Assembly: GCA_964587725.1 (NCBI GenBank)
Contig: CAZPLO010000003.1
Coordinates: 1,135-65,134, forward strand
Direction of reading: 5' to 3'
DNA: 64,000 bases
Source: an uncultured archaeon
GTDB taxonomy: Archaea > Altiarchaeota > Altiarchaeia > IMC4 > SCGC-AAA252-I15
A model generated the notes under the pieces. That model had not been told where the DNA came from. It searched no databases and saw nothing but the letters and a program-made list of their open reading frames with translations. Of the stretch, positions 37,328 to 46,955 are shown piece after piece (within the stretch, counting starts at the first letter, position 1; each line of letters begins with the position of its first letter). Position numbers and translations under genes: made by a program.

Positions 37328-37343
37328 CCCTGTAGCGTAATCT

Positions 37344-38129
37344 TTGAGGATGACATTAAACATTCCAATTGAAAAGAACAAGAAGTTGAAGAAGCTCCTG
37401 GACAGGGTTAACTCCGACACGGAGCTGCAGACCCTGTGGAGGAGCAGCAACATCACCGCAATCGACAGAAGCCATTTGAGCGACCACGGGCCAACCCACG
37501 TCGCCATCATAGTGAATGCGGGGTTGAAGATGCTCCGCAACCTGGTGAAGGCGGGTGTGGAGCCGTCGGTGGTGAAAGACCATAAGATGGCGGCGGAGGA
37601 CGCGGAAGTGGTTGTGTTTCTCGCGGGCTGCCTGCACGACGTAGGCCACGTGGTCCACCGCACAGACCACGCCCACTACAGCATACCCGTGGCGTCGCCT
37701 ATTCTGAAGCGGCTGCTGAAGGGAGTTTATGATGAACACCTGGCGGCCGTATTGTACGGCGAAGTCTTGCACGCCATCATCTGCCACAACACCGACTACC
37801 GCCCCCTCACCGTGGAGGCGGGCGTCGTCCGGATAGCGGACGCCCTGGACATGGCCGAAGGAAGAACGCGCATACCATTCCGCATCGGCGAAAAAAACAT
37901 CCACTCCGTGTCCGCGATGGCAATCAAGAACGTGAAAATCGAGTACGCGGAAGACCGGCCCATAACACTGCGCATCGAGATGACGAATTCCGCCGGCATA
38001 TTCCAGATAGACAACCTGTTGAAGGAGAAGGTCCGCGGCAGCGGCTTGGAGGAGTACGTGAAGATAGCGGCGGAAGTCAAGGACCAGCGGGAGAAGAGCA
38101 TCATAGACTCGTTCGAGATAAACCTGTGA
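37344..38129 (+). CDS. HD-domain phosphohydrolase
   Basis: H...HD motif (LAGCLHDVGH). Confidence 0.55.
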   Translation: MRMTLNIPIEKNKKLKKLLDRVNSDTELQTLWRSSNITAIDRSHLSDHGPTHVAIIVNAGLKMLRNLVKAGVEPSVVKDHKMAAEDAEVVVFLAGCLHDVGHVVHRTDHAHYSIPVASPILKRLLKGVYDEHLAAVLYGEVLHAIICHNTDYRPLTVEAGVVRIADALDMAEGRTRIPFRIGEKNIHSVSAMAIKNVKIEYAEDRPITLRIEMTNSAGIFQIDNLLKEKVRGSGLEEYVKIAAEVKDQREKSIIDSFEINL

Positions 38130-38132
38130 ACC

Positions 38133-38900
38133 ATGGCCTCCGTAGTTTCATTGGAGGATGTGAGCAAGTGGCTGGGCGACAAACTCGTGCTCGGCGGCGT
38201 GAACTGGAGTGTGTCTGAGGGAGAGCACTGGGTGGTGTTGGGAGCCAACGGCTCGGGAAAGACGACCATGCTCCGCATAGCCTCCGGCTACCTGTGGCCG
38301 ACCTCCGGCACGGTTTCGGTTCTGGGGCGTCGGTTCGGGTCCGTCGACCTCCGCGAGCTGCGGAAGAAGATTGGGTGGGTTACGTCGGCGCTGACGTCCA
38401 GGATTCCGCCCGGCGAACAGGCGTTGAATGTTGTTTTGTCTGGCAGGTACGCGAGCATGGGGCTGTATGACGAGCCGTCGGAAGCCGACAGAGGGAAGGC
38501 TGCGGGTATTCTCGAGTTCATGGATTGCGGAGAACTCGCGTGCAGGTGCTTTGGTGTTTTGTCGCAGGGGGAGCAGCAGCGCGTGCTGATCGCCCGTGCG
38601 CTGATGTCCGACCCGCGGCTGCTGATACTGGATGAGCCGTCCGCCGGCCTGGATTTGAAGGCGCGCGAGGGGTTTCTCGAATCAGTGGCCAAACTGACGG
38701 AGGAGCATACGGTGGCGTACGTCACACACCACATCGAAGAGATTATCCCTGAGTTCACGCATGTGATACTGCTGAAGGACGGCCGTGTGTTGCGCAGCGG
38801 CGTGAAAGAGGATGTATTATCCACCGGAAACCTGCGGGAGGCCTTTGGCGTCGGCCTGGAGGTTGATTTCAAGGGCGGCAGGTACTCGGTCAGGCTCTAG
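38133..38900 (+). CDS. ABC transporter ATP-binding protein (no adjacent permease)
   Basis: Walker A GANGSGKTT, signature LSQGEQQR, Walker B LILDEPSAGLD. Confidence 0.8.
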   Translation: MASVVSLEDVSKWLGDKLVLGGVNWSVSEGEHWVVLGANGSGKTTMLRIASGYLWPTSGTVSVLGRRFGSVDLRELRKKIGWVTSALTSRIPPGEQALNVVLSGRYASMGLYDEPSEADRGKAAGILEFMDCGELACRCFGVLSQGEQQRVLIARALMSDPRLLILDEPSAGLDLKAREGFLESVAKLTEEHTVAYVTHHIEEIIPEFTHVILLKDGRVLRSGVKEDVLSTGNLREAFGVGLEVDFKGGRYSVRL

Positions 38901-40083
38901 AACGCCTCCAAGCATAGTACAGGTATGCTGTGCCCATCAGCGCCAGCAGCAGGAACGCCCACAGCCACCCGCTGGAGTATATTATTTCGGTGGTGTTGTT
39001 GACTATGTTGAACAGTTTCTCCTGCACGTCCTTGAACCTGCGTCCCAGTTCCCTTACCGTCGGCAGCTTGATTCTGGCCACGGGTGTTTCAATAACAAAG
39101 GGTTCCTCAACGGTCACGTTGCTGCTGTTGGAGGCCACATGAAGTCTCCTGTTGTCTCTGACGTCCACCCTCACCTTGTATTCGCCTTCGTCCACGTCGT
39201 CGGTCGCGTCCACGTCCAGGTCGAATTCTGCGCCCCCGCTGTCGTCCACCGTCACCTCCCTGACCGTCCGGTCCCTGCCTTCGAAGCCTTCCGGGAGGCG
39301 GATGTCGACGCCGTAGGAGCCGGGCCAGCTGGCGTTCAGACGCACCCTAACATTGAACAGGTCCCCTCTGTCGACGCGGCCGGGGTTCTCCACGACAACT
39401 GAAACGTCGGGTAGGGTGCAGGGCCTGCACGGTCCGCCGCAGTCAATCCACTCCTCGCCCTGGTTCTGCCGGCCGTCGAAGCAGCCGGGTTCCGGAATGG
39501 TTGTTGTCGTGGTAGTGGACGTGGTCGTTGAGGTGGTTGACGTTGAGGTTGTGGAAGTCGTGGATGTGGTGGTGTAGAGTTCTCCCGCATGAGGGTACTG
39601 GAACAGCGTGGTGGTGGATGTGGTCGTCGTTCTGAGAGGCCTAGTGGTGGTGGTTGCGAACGTGGTGGTCGTATCCGGCATGCACTCGCACATGAAATCC
39701 CCTGTTTCAACGCACGAGCTCCCCGGCGGGCAGTCTCCGACGCATCCGCCTGCGAGGGTGTCGTGGAAGCAATAGTACTGTTGGGTGGTGGTGGTCTCGC
39801 ACGGCGGAGGATAGCATTTAAGTGTGATGTCGTCGACGCAGCACCCGCAGGAGATGCATTCGCCGGGGCTCTCGCAGGTGCAGTCGACGCAGCAGTCGTA
39901 TACTTCGTAGTTGTCGCTGGGGGTGCAGCCTGCGGCGGTCCACTCGCAGACTCCGCAGCTCAGGCACTGCGCCTCGTAGAGGCAGCTGCAGCGTATGCAG
40001 CATTCGTCTCCTGTTTTGAGGGACTGGGCTGTGGCTGCGGGGAGAAACGCCAGCAATGTGAGCAGGATTAGTGCACGCCTCAT
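38890..40083 (-). CDS. Cell-surface protein: Cys-rich N-domain (about 40 Cys), long poly-Thr linker, Ig-like/beta-sandwich region, C-terminal TM anchor
   Basis: Signal peptide, ECCIRCSCLYEAQCLSCGVCEW.., TTTSTTSTTSTS linker, C-terminal WLWAFLLLALMGTAYLYYAWRRSRA. Confidence 0.45.
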   Translation of the reverse strand: MRRALILLTLLAFLPAATAQSLKTGDECCIRCSCLYEAQCLSCGVCEWTAAGCTPSDNYEVYDCCVDCTCESPGECISCGCCVDDITLKCYPPPCETTTTQQYYCFHDTLAGGCVGDCPPGSSCVETGDFMCECMPDTTTTFATTTTRPLRTTTTSTTTLFQYPHAGELYTTTSTTSTTSTSTTSTTTSTTTTTTIPEPGCFDGRQNQGEEWIDCGGPCRPCTLPDVSVVVENPGRVDRGDLFNVRVRLNASWPGSYGVDIRLPEGFEGRDRTVREVTVDDSGGAEFDLDVDATDDVDEGEYKVRVDVRDNRRLHVASNSSNVTVEEPFVIETPVARIKLPTVRELGRRFKDVQEKLFNIVNNTTEIIYSSGWLWAFLLLALMGTAYLYYAWRRSRA

Positions 40084-40697
40084 TTGCCTTCAAGCTCCTT
40101 TATCTGGGACTCCAATTCTATGAGTTTCTGCTGGTGTTCACGGGTTATCTCCCGGAAGCTTTCCTCGTCCAGCTCGCGTCGGTGGTATTTGCTCTTGGTC
40201 AGCTCCAGCATCTTCTGAAGCCGGTCCCGTTCTCCCTTCAAATCCTTGACCCCTGGTTTTCTGCTCCTGCGCAGGAACAGTTGGTCAACGAGGATAATGA
40301 ACAGTATCAGCAGCGCCACGGCGACGACTACTCCGAAGCCGTATTTCTCCACCACCTCGCCGCCGTACGCGGACTCGGATGCGATGTTGAAGTTGAGGGT
40401 GTAGACTGCACCGGCCGACACCGCCTCACTGGTCCTCTGGTTGGGGTTGCTGCCCCCCATCCGGAGGTATACGTCGTAGTATGAGCCCGGCTGCACCGCC
40501 ACCGAGTAATAGCCCCTGCTGTCCGTCTCGGTCAGTGCGACGGTGGTGCCGTAGTCGCCGCTACGGTACACTGCCACATTGACGCCCGTTATGCTGGTCC
40601 CGGATTTGGCGTCGCGGACGTATCCTTCCACGGTCGCGTGCTGGGCTGCCGCGGAACCCATCAGAAGCATCAACACTAGGGCGGACACATGCCTCAT
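40080..40697 (-). CDS. Secreted carboxypeptidase-regulatory-like (CarD/transthyretin-like) beta-sandwich domain protein with TM and cytoplasmic coiled coil
   Basis: Signal peptide, GYVRDAKSGTSITGVNVAVYR...TDSRGYYSV (CarboxypepD_reg pattern), TM, K/E-rich coiled coil. Overlaps the downstream gene by 4 nt. Confidence 0.45.
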   Translation of the reverse strand: MRHVSALVLMLLMGSAAAQHATVEGYVRDAKSGTSITGVNVAVYRSGDYGTTVALTETDSRGYYSVAVQPGSYYDVYLRMGGSNPNQRTSEAVSAGAVYTLNFNIASESAYGGEVVEKYGFGVVVAVALLILFIILVDQLFLRRSRKPGVKDLKGERDRLQKMLELTKSKYHRRELDEESFREITREHQQKLIELESQIKELEGK

Positions 40698-40730
40698 TTC
40701 AGGAAAACTATTAGCTGGTGTCGAATAAAA

Positions 40731-41954
40731 CTAGTAGTCCGACAGCGTCTTCTGCCCGCCTTTATAGTATCTGTCTTTTTCACCTTCCAACGTGGGTCTG
40801 CCGTACATGCCTCCGCCGCCTGCGACGTACTTCATCCGCCCCTGGCGGAACAAATTCACTATGGTGCCGACTTCCCGGTCCGCGGCTATCACCTCCCCTA
40901 TGTCTGCGTCCACGAGCACGTTTATTTCGGAGCCGAAGCGTTCCACCAGCATGTCCCACCGGTCCTTAACCTTCTTGCTGGTTATGGTCTTCGTCTTCGT
41001 AGCCAGCGCGATGACTTCCGCCAACGGTATTATGTGTATGTACGGGGGCCGGTGGCTGGGGTGCCTGGGTTCGTCCCATGTCGCGAGATCGCTTATCCTG
41101 TCCGCCACACCCTTCTTTATGATGCCCCTGCACTCCGGACACCGTCTTTTGAGATTCAGAGCGTCCTCCCACCTGAACTTGAGGTAGCATCTGCTGCACG
41201 CCGTGATATGGTATTTCCCCTCCAGCGGGTTCAACCCCACGTTCAACGAGAACCCGCGTCCGCCGTCCCGCATTATGGCCTTCCGCATTTCATTGAAAGA
41301 CGGCTCCTTGACGCGTATGCGGTTGAATTCTCGGCCCAGCCGGTGGGGCCAGGGGCTGTGGCAGTCGCTGTTGCTCATGAACGTAAGGTCCTGCAGTTCT
41401 TCCACCCTGTCGGCGCGGCCGGTGTCTGCGCTCAAACCCAGCTCAAGGAAGCTGACGTGCTTCAGGTTGTCGCCGTAGCAGTCACGGAGCGAATCGTATT
41501 CCTTGTAGACGGCGGTCCACGGCGTGAACGCGTGCGACGGCCCAACCAGGCCGCCTGCGTCGACGACGTAGCCTACTATCTCCTCCCCGGTCAATGACAG
41601 GTTGGGTCTGCCGTCGGACTTCATGTTCGGCGAGAAACGGGATAACGCGTCGGCGAGGTTGTCCGCGGCCGTGAGAGACGGCAGCAGTATCACGTGGTGA
41701 ACCCGCTTCTTGTCCTCCACTTCAACCTGGACGATGAACCTGGTCTTAGAGTTTTCCGCACTGTAGAGTCCATTTTCCTCCACCAGGTTCTCACGCAGGT
41801 GCTTCCTCCACCTCGGATGCAGGGCGTCGGCGGTGGCGACGACATCCAACCCCTTCAGCGGCGCCTGCTCGGCCAGCAGCGGCACCGTCATGTTCTTGCT
41901 GGTTCCGCCGCTGTACCGTCCGTGGACGTGGAAGTCCGCGTCTAACTCAATCAT
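40731..41954 (-). CDS. Endonuclease Q-like (PHP domain plus C-terminal zinc finger)
   Basis: HVHGRYSGGTS..TADALHP (PHP metal site) and a C-terminal CSRC...CPEC. Length (407 aa) matches archaeal EndoQ. Confidence 0.55.
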   Translation of the reverse strand: MIELDADFHVHGRYSGGTSKNMTVPLLAEQAPLKGLDVVATADALHPRWRKHLRENLVEENGLYSAENSKTRFIVQVEVEDKKRVHHVILLPSLTAADNLADALSRFSPNMKSDGRPNLSLTGEEIVGYVVDAGGLVGPSHAFTPWTAVYKEYDSLRDCYGDNLKHVSFLELGLSADTGRADRVEELQDLTFMSNSDCHSPWPHRLGREFNRIRVKEPSFNEMRKAIMRDGGRGFSLNVGLNPLEGKYHITACSRCYLKFRWEDALNLKRRCPECRGIIKKGVADRISDLATWDEPRHPSHRPPYIHIIPLAEVIALATKTKTITSKKVKDRWDMLVERFGSEINVLVDADIGEVIAADREVGTIVNLFRQGRMKYVAGGGGMYGRPTLEGEKDRYYKGGQKTLSDY

Positions 41955-43645
41955 CGTTCCTTGAGGCGGTATAGTGTGGCCTGGTATACGCCGGAGTCCA
42001 GGTCTTTGTGGTGCCAGTCCTCGTTCTCCATGGTGAACTCCTTGGTGGTCTTGAATTCGTTGAAGAGTTCGAGGGCGTAGAGTCCGCTCAGCGGCAGGGC
42101 TTCGTGGCTGTCCCGGTCGACCACGATTCTCCTGTCCGGGTTCAGCACGAGGTTCTCGTACGCCTTGCCGGTGGCTCGGTTGAACAACACCTGCTGTTCC
42201 TGGTCGTAGGCGAGGATGTTCTGCGGGAGGAAGTCGTAGCTCAGTCCGGCGGTGGTGACGTAAACGTTCGTTCCGTTGCGGAGGTACTCGTGGATTAGTC
42301 TGAAGTGCTCCTGCATGGCCTGCTGGTCCATGGGGTTGGGGTGGCCCATGGGCTTCCGGATTCCGCCGTAGTATTCATAGTGCTGCGTCTCGTCCATGCC
42401 TATCACAGCCGAGTTCTCAGGCACTTCCTCGCCTATTTTTTCGGCGAACTCGCAGGGGCCGCAGCGGCGGCTCCTGTATTCGAAGACGCTGTGGGTGTTC
42501 AATAGCATCAGTATCACCAGCGCGGCAACGGCGGAGTGTGTGATGTGGCCCCACCGTTTGAACGCGTACTCGAGCCCCCACCCCATCATTATCACCGCGG
42601 GGGGGAACGCGTGGAAGAAGAAGTACGGGGACACGCCCTGGAAGTTCCCGAACACCATGAAATACGAGACCATCCAGAACACCAGCGCAAACCACACCCC
42701 CTTTCTGCGGCGGTAGTTCACCAGCAAGCCTCCGGCGAGTATAAGCCACCCCAGCAGGCTGATGGTCTTCGTCACCCAGGGGATGGAATAGTTCAGCAGG
42801 TTGTCGGAGAACAGGCTGAACCCGCTCTGCTCTCCGCCGGCGAACAGAAACGCGTCTATGAGGCTCCAACCCGGCTGGTGTATCATCCTCGGCACGTAGA
42901 AGAGTGCGAACACGATGAACACCGGCACCACCAATGCAATAACGTCCTCGACGATACTCCACGGGCTGTCGCTGAACTTTATCCTCACTGCATCCTTTTT
43001 CTTCTTAACCGCCACGGGCAGCCGGTCTGAGTAGTAGAACAGTAGGAGTGCGGGTATGAACAGGAACTCCTGCTGCCTCACGGCTGCTGCGTAGCCGAGC
43101 ATCGCCCCCGCCCCTATCTTCCATTTCAGCTCCTGGTTTTCACGCGCCTTCAAGGCCAGCCACACCGCCAGCATTATCGCCGCCGACCCGAGGGTAAGGT
43201 CCTTGGGGAACGTGGAGAGTGAAATGTGTTCCGGGAGGAATGCTAGTATGGCTCCTGCATAGGCCCCGGCTTCCCCGCTGCCGGTGAGCTCCTTCGTGAG
43301 ATAGTATATCATGACCGCCCCCAAAGCGCCTACCACTGCGTTGGAGTACAGCAGTATGTTCTCCGCGGACTGGCTGCCGGTGAGCAGGTGCCATCCGCCG
43401 TACACGAGGACGTTGAATGCTGCGTAGCCGGGGTAGCCGAGGACGCCCTGCAGGTAATACAGTCTGCCGTCGCGTATCGACCCTTCGGCACGGCGGGCTG
43501 CTATCACCGAGTCGGTGTGCCAGAGGCCAGGGTGGAGGTAGTAGAGTCTAACCGTCAGCGCCAGCAGCAATAACGCCGCCACCACATACTTCTCCTTGCC
43601 TTTGTCTACCACGCCGAACAGTTTCTTCCCAGCCATCTCCTTCAT
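41951..43645 (-). CDS. GT-C fold membrane glycosyltransferase (PMT/ArnT-like, many TMs)
   Basis: Polytopic N-terminal half with a conserved Asp/His-containing first loop (YLHPGLWHTDS). 564 aa. Confidence 0.5.
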   Translation of the reverse strand: MKEMAGKKLFGVVDKGKEKYVVAALLLLALTVRLYYLHPGLWHTDSVIAARRAEGSIRDGRLYYLQGVLGYPGYAAFNVLVYGGWHLLTGSQSAENILLYSNAVVGALGAVMIYYLTKELTGSGEAGAYAGAILAFLPEHISLSTFPKDLTLGSAAIMLAVWLALKARENQELKWKIGAGAMLGYAAAVRQQEFLFIPALLLFYYSDRLPVAVKKKKDAVRIKFSDSPWSIVEDVIALVVPVFIVFALFYVPRMIHQPGWSLIDAFLFAGGEQSGFSLFSDNLLNYSIPWVTKTISLLGWLILAGGLLVNYRRRKGVWFALVFWMVSYFMVFGNFQGVSPYFFFHAFPPAVIMMGWGLEYAFKRWGHITHSAVAALVILMLLNTHSVFEYRSRRCGPCEFAEKIGEEVPENSAVIGMDETQHYEYYGGIRKPMGHPNPMDQQAMQEHFRLIHEYLRNGTNVYVTTAGLSYDFLPQNILAYDQEQQVLFNRATGKAYENLVLNPDRRIVVDRDSHEALPLSGLYALELFNEFKTTKEFTMENEDWHHKDLDSGVYQATLYRLKER

Positions 43646-43678
43646 CTTTAATTAACGTACAGGTTTAATATACCTGGG

Positions 43679-44869
43679 ATGAAGGTACTGTTCCTGTCGA
43701 ATGAGCGGCTTCTTCCGCTGTCCGGCGGCGGCAGCGTCGGCAACCTGAAGATTGTGGGCAAGATGGTGGAGCGCGGCCACGACGTCACCGTAGCCACCCC
43801 CATGTATCTGGGGGTGGAGGAGCTCCGCCGCATAGAAGTCGAACACAACATCCGTCTGAAGCCGTTTTCACCCTACTACATACACCGGAACATATCACTC
43901 CGCGGCCCCAAATACATTCTGTACTCTGTCTTGTTCACCTTCCACATCCTCCGTCTCCTGCTGGCTGAAAGGTATGATGTCCTGTTCGTCCGGAACTGCC
44001 TGATCGGGGCTCCTGCTCTGCTGTTCAAGCCGTTCGTGAAAAGCCTGTACGCAATCAGTTTGACCGACTTCCTCACAGGGTTCCTCCACGAGCACGGCCT
44101 CTACCCTAGCCCGGTTGTGGACCTGCTGTTTTGGCTGGAGCGAAAGGTCCCTTGCGGCTTCGACCAGGTGTTCGTGATTACGCCGGAGATGAAGCGGATT
44201 CTGTCGGAGGCGGGGTGCCACCCCAGCAAAATCGTCGTCTCCTACGACGGCGTTGAAACCAGCGTCTTCAACCCCGACGCGGTCTCGGACGAAGAGGTTG
44301 GTTCCATAAGGGAGTCGTTCGGCGTGGAGCAGAAGCTTGTGTTGTTCCACGGAGCCATACTGTTCACGGACGAGAAGGCCATGCAGGGCCTGCGGGAGGC
44401 GATTAAGCGGACGGTTGAGCGGAGCGACGACATAACCTTCGTGCTGATAGGGCACGGGAAGAAATACGACGTCATCAAGGCGGAGATGGGGTCCGACCGC
44501 GTGCGGTTCCCAGGGTACATAGAACACGACCTCCTGCCCAAGTACATTAGGGCTGCGGATGTCGGCATAATACCGTATAAGCGGAACTTCAACAACGACA
44601 TCATCATCACGTTGAAGCTGCTGGAGTACCTGTCTATGGGGCTGCCGGTGGTGTCGACTAGGCTGAAGAGCATCGCGGAACTCTTCGGCGGGTACGATTT
44701 CGTCCGCATCACCGACACGCCGGAGGAGTTCGCCGCCGCAGTCGTGGAGGTGAGCGAGCACGGTAAGTCCGGGGACGCGGTGAACCTGATAAGGGACCGT
44801 TTCAGTTGGGACCACGTAACCGAACACATCGTCTCGTCTGTGGAAGACAGTCTGGGCTCCGGAGGTTGA
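43679..44869 (+). CDS. Glycosyltransferase family 4 (GT-B)
   Basis: GGxxxxxxKIVGKMVERGHDV N-terminus and the EYLSMGLPVVST E-x7-E region. Confidence 0.7.
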   Translation: MKVLFLSNERLLPLSGGGSVGNLKIVGKMVERGHDVTVATPMYLGVEELRRIEVEHNIRLKPFSPYYIHRNISLRGPKYILYSVLFTFHILRLLLAERYDVLFVRNCLIGAPALLFKPFVKSLYAISLTDFLTGFLHEHGLYPSPVVDLLFWLERKVPCGFDQVFVITPEMKRILSEAGCHPSKIVVSYDGVETSVFNPDAVSDEEVGSIRESFGVEQKLVLFHGAILFTDEKAMQGLREAIKRTVERSDDITFVLIGHGKKYDVIKAEMGSDRVRFPGYIEHDLLPKYIRAADVGIIPYKRNFNNDIIITLKLLEYLSMGLPVVSTRLKSIAELFGGYDFVRITDTPEEFAAAVVEVSEHGKSGDAVNLIRDRFSWDHVTEHIVSSVEDSLGSGG

Positions 44870-44914
44870 AGAACGAGTAAACTGTATGCAGCCGCTGCCG
44901 CGGTCACGGCGTTT

Positions 44915-45520
44915 ATGTTCGCGGCCACCCTGTTCTTTTACGGGCAGCTGCCCGACAGAGTGGCTTCGCACTGGAGTATTAGGGGTGAAGTGGACGGCTA
45001 CATGGGCAGGTTCTGGGGTGCGTTCCTCATCCCGTTGATGACCGCCGCCCTGATGGTGGTGTTCAAGGTAATCCCCCGGATAGACCCGCTGCGGAAGAAC
45101 ATAGAATCATTCAAAGAATACTACTACGGGTTCGTGCTGGTGCTCGCATTGTTCCTGGCTGGCTTGCAGCTTCAGATTCTGCTGTGGAACGTCGGCGTCA
45201 AGGTGAGCCCGTCGGCTACGATGCCATTCGGCATCGGCATGTTGTTCCTCTATCTGGGGTATCTGCTCAACCATACCAAACGAAACTGGTTCGTGGGCAT
45301 CCGGACTCCGTGGACGCTGAGCAGCGACCGGGTGTGGGATAAAACACATGAAAAGGGCTCGGTGTTGTTCAAGGCGTCCGGCGCGATAGCGTTGGTGGGC
45401 GCGTTGTTCCCCGACCAAAGCATCTGGTTCATATTGGTGCCGGTGCTCGCCTCAACGGCGTACCTGTTCATATACAGTTACCTGGAGTATCAGAAGGAGC
45501 GGAAGCCTACTTCCCCTTGA
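44915..45520 (+). CDS. SdpI/YhfL-family (DUF1648) membrane protein
   Basis: HWSIRGEVDGY and NWFVGIRTPWTLSSDRVWDKTH motifs. Confidence 0.5.
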   Translation: MFAATLFFYGQLPDRVASHWSIRGEVDGYMGRFWGAFLIPLMTAALMVVFKVIPRIDPLRKNIESFKEYYYGFVLVLALFLAGLQLQILLWNVGVKVSPSATMPFGIGMLFLYLGYLLNHTKRNWFVGIRTPWTLSSDRVWDKTHEKGSVLFKASGAIALVGALFPDQSIWFILVPVLASTAYLFIYSYLEYQKERKPTSP

Positions 45521-46955
45521 GCAGGTACGTCGTCTTGCCGAGGACGTTGTCCAGTAGCGCTTTTGCGCCGCCGTAGTCGTGTATCATCTTCAGGTACTGG
45601 AGGCTCTGCCGGGGGTTCAGCGCGACCTTCATCATTATCTTGCGGCGGCACCGGTGCATCATCCCGCTGATTTCGACGCCGCTCAACCCAGGGTACTCCA
45701 CGACCGCGTCTTTTGTCGTGTAGTCCCGCCAGTCTTCAACGTTCAGCCACCCGTTTTCTTCTGCGAGGCGGTAGAATTCCGTGCCCGGGTAGGGTATGGC
45801 GACGCTGAACTGCGCCGTGTCGGTGCCAAGTTCGAACGCGAACTTCATGGTCTCCTCCATGGTCTCCCGCGTCTCCCCCGGGAGGCCGAACATGTATGTG
45901 GCGTGGGATTCGATGCCTATCCTCTTCAGCAGCTTCACCACCCGCTTCACCTCGTCGAGGTTCACGTGTTTTTTGATGTTCTTCAGGATTTCGGGGTTGG
46001 CGCTTTCCACGCCGAATTTTATGGCGACGCACCCCGCATCCTTCATCGCAACTAATGTATCCTCTTCGAGTTTGGCGTCGGCCATGCACGACCAGCTCAC
46101 CTTCAACCCCCTCTGCATTATTTCCTCGCATATCTTCAGCACCCTGTCCTGGTCTACGCTGAAGCTGCTGTCGTCGAAGTATATCTCTTTGGCGCCGTAG
46201 TTTTCCATCAGATACTGCATCTCGTCGACGACTTCTTTCGGCTTGCGGGCGCGGTAGCTCCTCATCCCGTAGAAGAGGTGGGGTTCGACGCAGTATATGC
46301 ACTGGTAGGGGCAGCCGCGGCTACTCCACATCTGCGCGTTCGGCGCGTGCTTGCAGAACGGGTCAATGTATTTTTCCATCGGCAGCTGCTCCCGCAGCGG
46401 ATACGGCATGCTGTCGACGTCCGCCAGCGGAGCCTTCTCGTTTACTATGGGCTTTTCGTCTCTCCTGCACCCGAGGCTCTTTATATCCGAGATGTCCCCT
46501 CCTTTCTCCAGCGCGTCGGCGAGCTGCAGCAGCGGCTGCTCATACTCATACGTTATTACGTAGTCCACGTATTCCTCTTTGAGGAGTTCTTCGGGGCGGG
46601 CGGTGGCGTGCGGCCCCGTCAACACCGTTGTAGCCAACTCTTTCGCCTTTCGCGTCCACATCAAATCGTTCCCTATCGACGGCGTAGACGTCTCGAACAC
46701 CACCAAGTCGGGATTCACGTCATCAATCAGCCGGAGAAATTCCGCATCCGACATCTCCTCGGCGATGCAGTCCTTCAAAACGACCTCGTGGCCGCCCTCC
46801 TTCAAAACGGCGGCGGCGTAGGCGAGGAAGAACGGGAACGGGTAATAAGGGAGCTGCTCCCGCTTCAATTTCAGGTGCGGCCACCTGCTGCCCGCGCGCA
46901 AACCCATTTTTTCGCCGTCGCTTATCCAGGGCAGGTTAGCCAGCAAAACCCTCAT
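45507..46955 (-). CDS. B12-binding radical SAM enzyme (class B RS, probable methyltransferase/modifying enzyme)
   Basis: N-terminal cobalamin-binding domain and SSRGCPYQCIYCVEP (CxxxCxxC). Confidence 0.7.
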   Translation of the reverse strand: MRVLLANLPWISDGEKMGLRAGSRWPHLKLKREQLPYYPFPFFLAYAAAVLKEGGHEVVLKDCIAEEMSDAEFLRLIDDVNPDLVVFETSTPSIGNDLMWTRKAKELATTVLTGPHATARPEELLKEEYVDYVITYEYEQPLLQLADALEKGGDISDIKSLGCRRDEKPIVNEKAPLADVDSMPYPLREQLPMEKYIDPFCKHAPNAQMWSSRGCPYQCIYCVEPHLFYGMRSYRARKPKEVVDEMQYLMENYGAKEIYFDDSSFSVDQDRVLKICEEIMQRGLKVSWSCMADAKLEEDTLVAMKDAGCVAIKFGVESANPEILKNIKKHVNLDEVKRVVKLLKRIGIESHATYMFGLPGETRETMEETMKFAFELGTDTAQFSVAIPYPGTEFYRLAEENGWLNVEDWRDYTTKDAVVEYPGLSGVEISGMMHRCRRKIMMKVALNPRQSLQYLKMIHDYGGAKALLDNVLGKTTYLLKGK

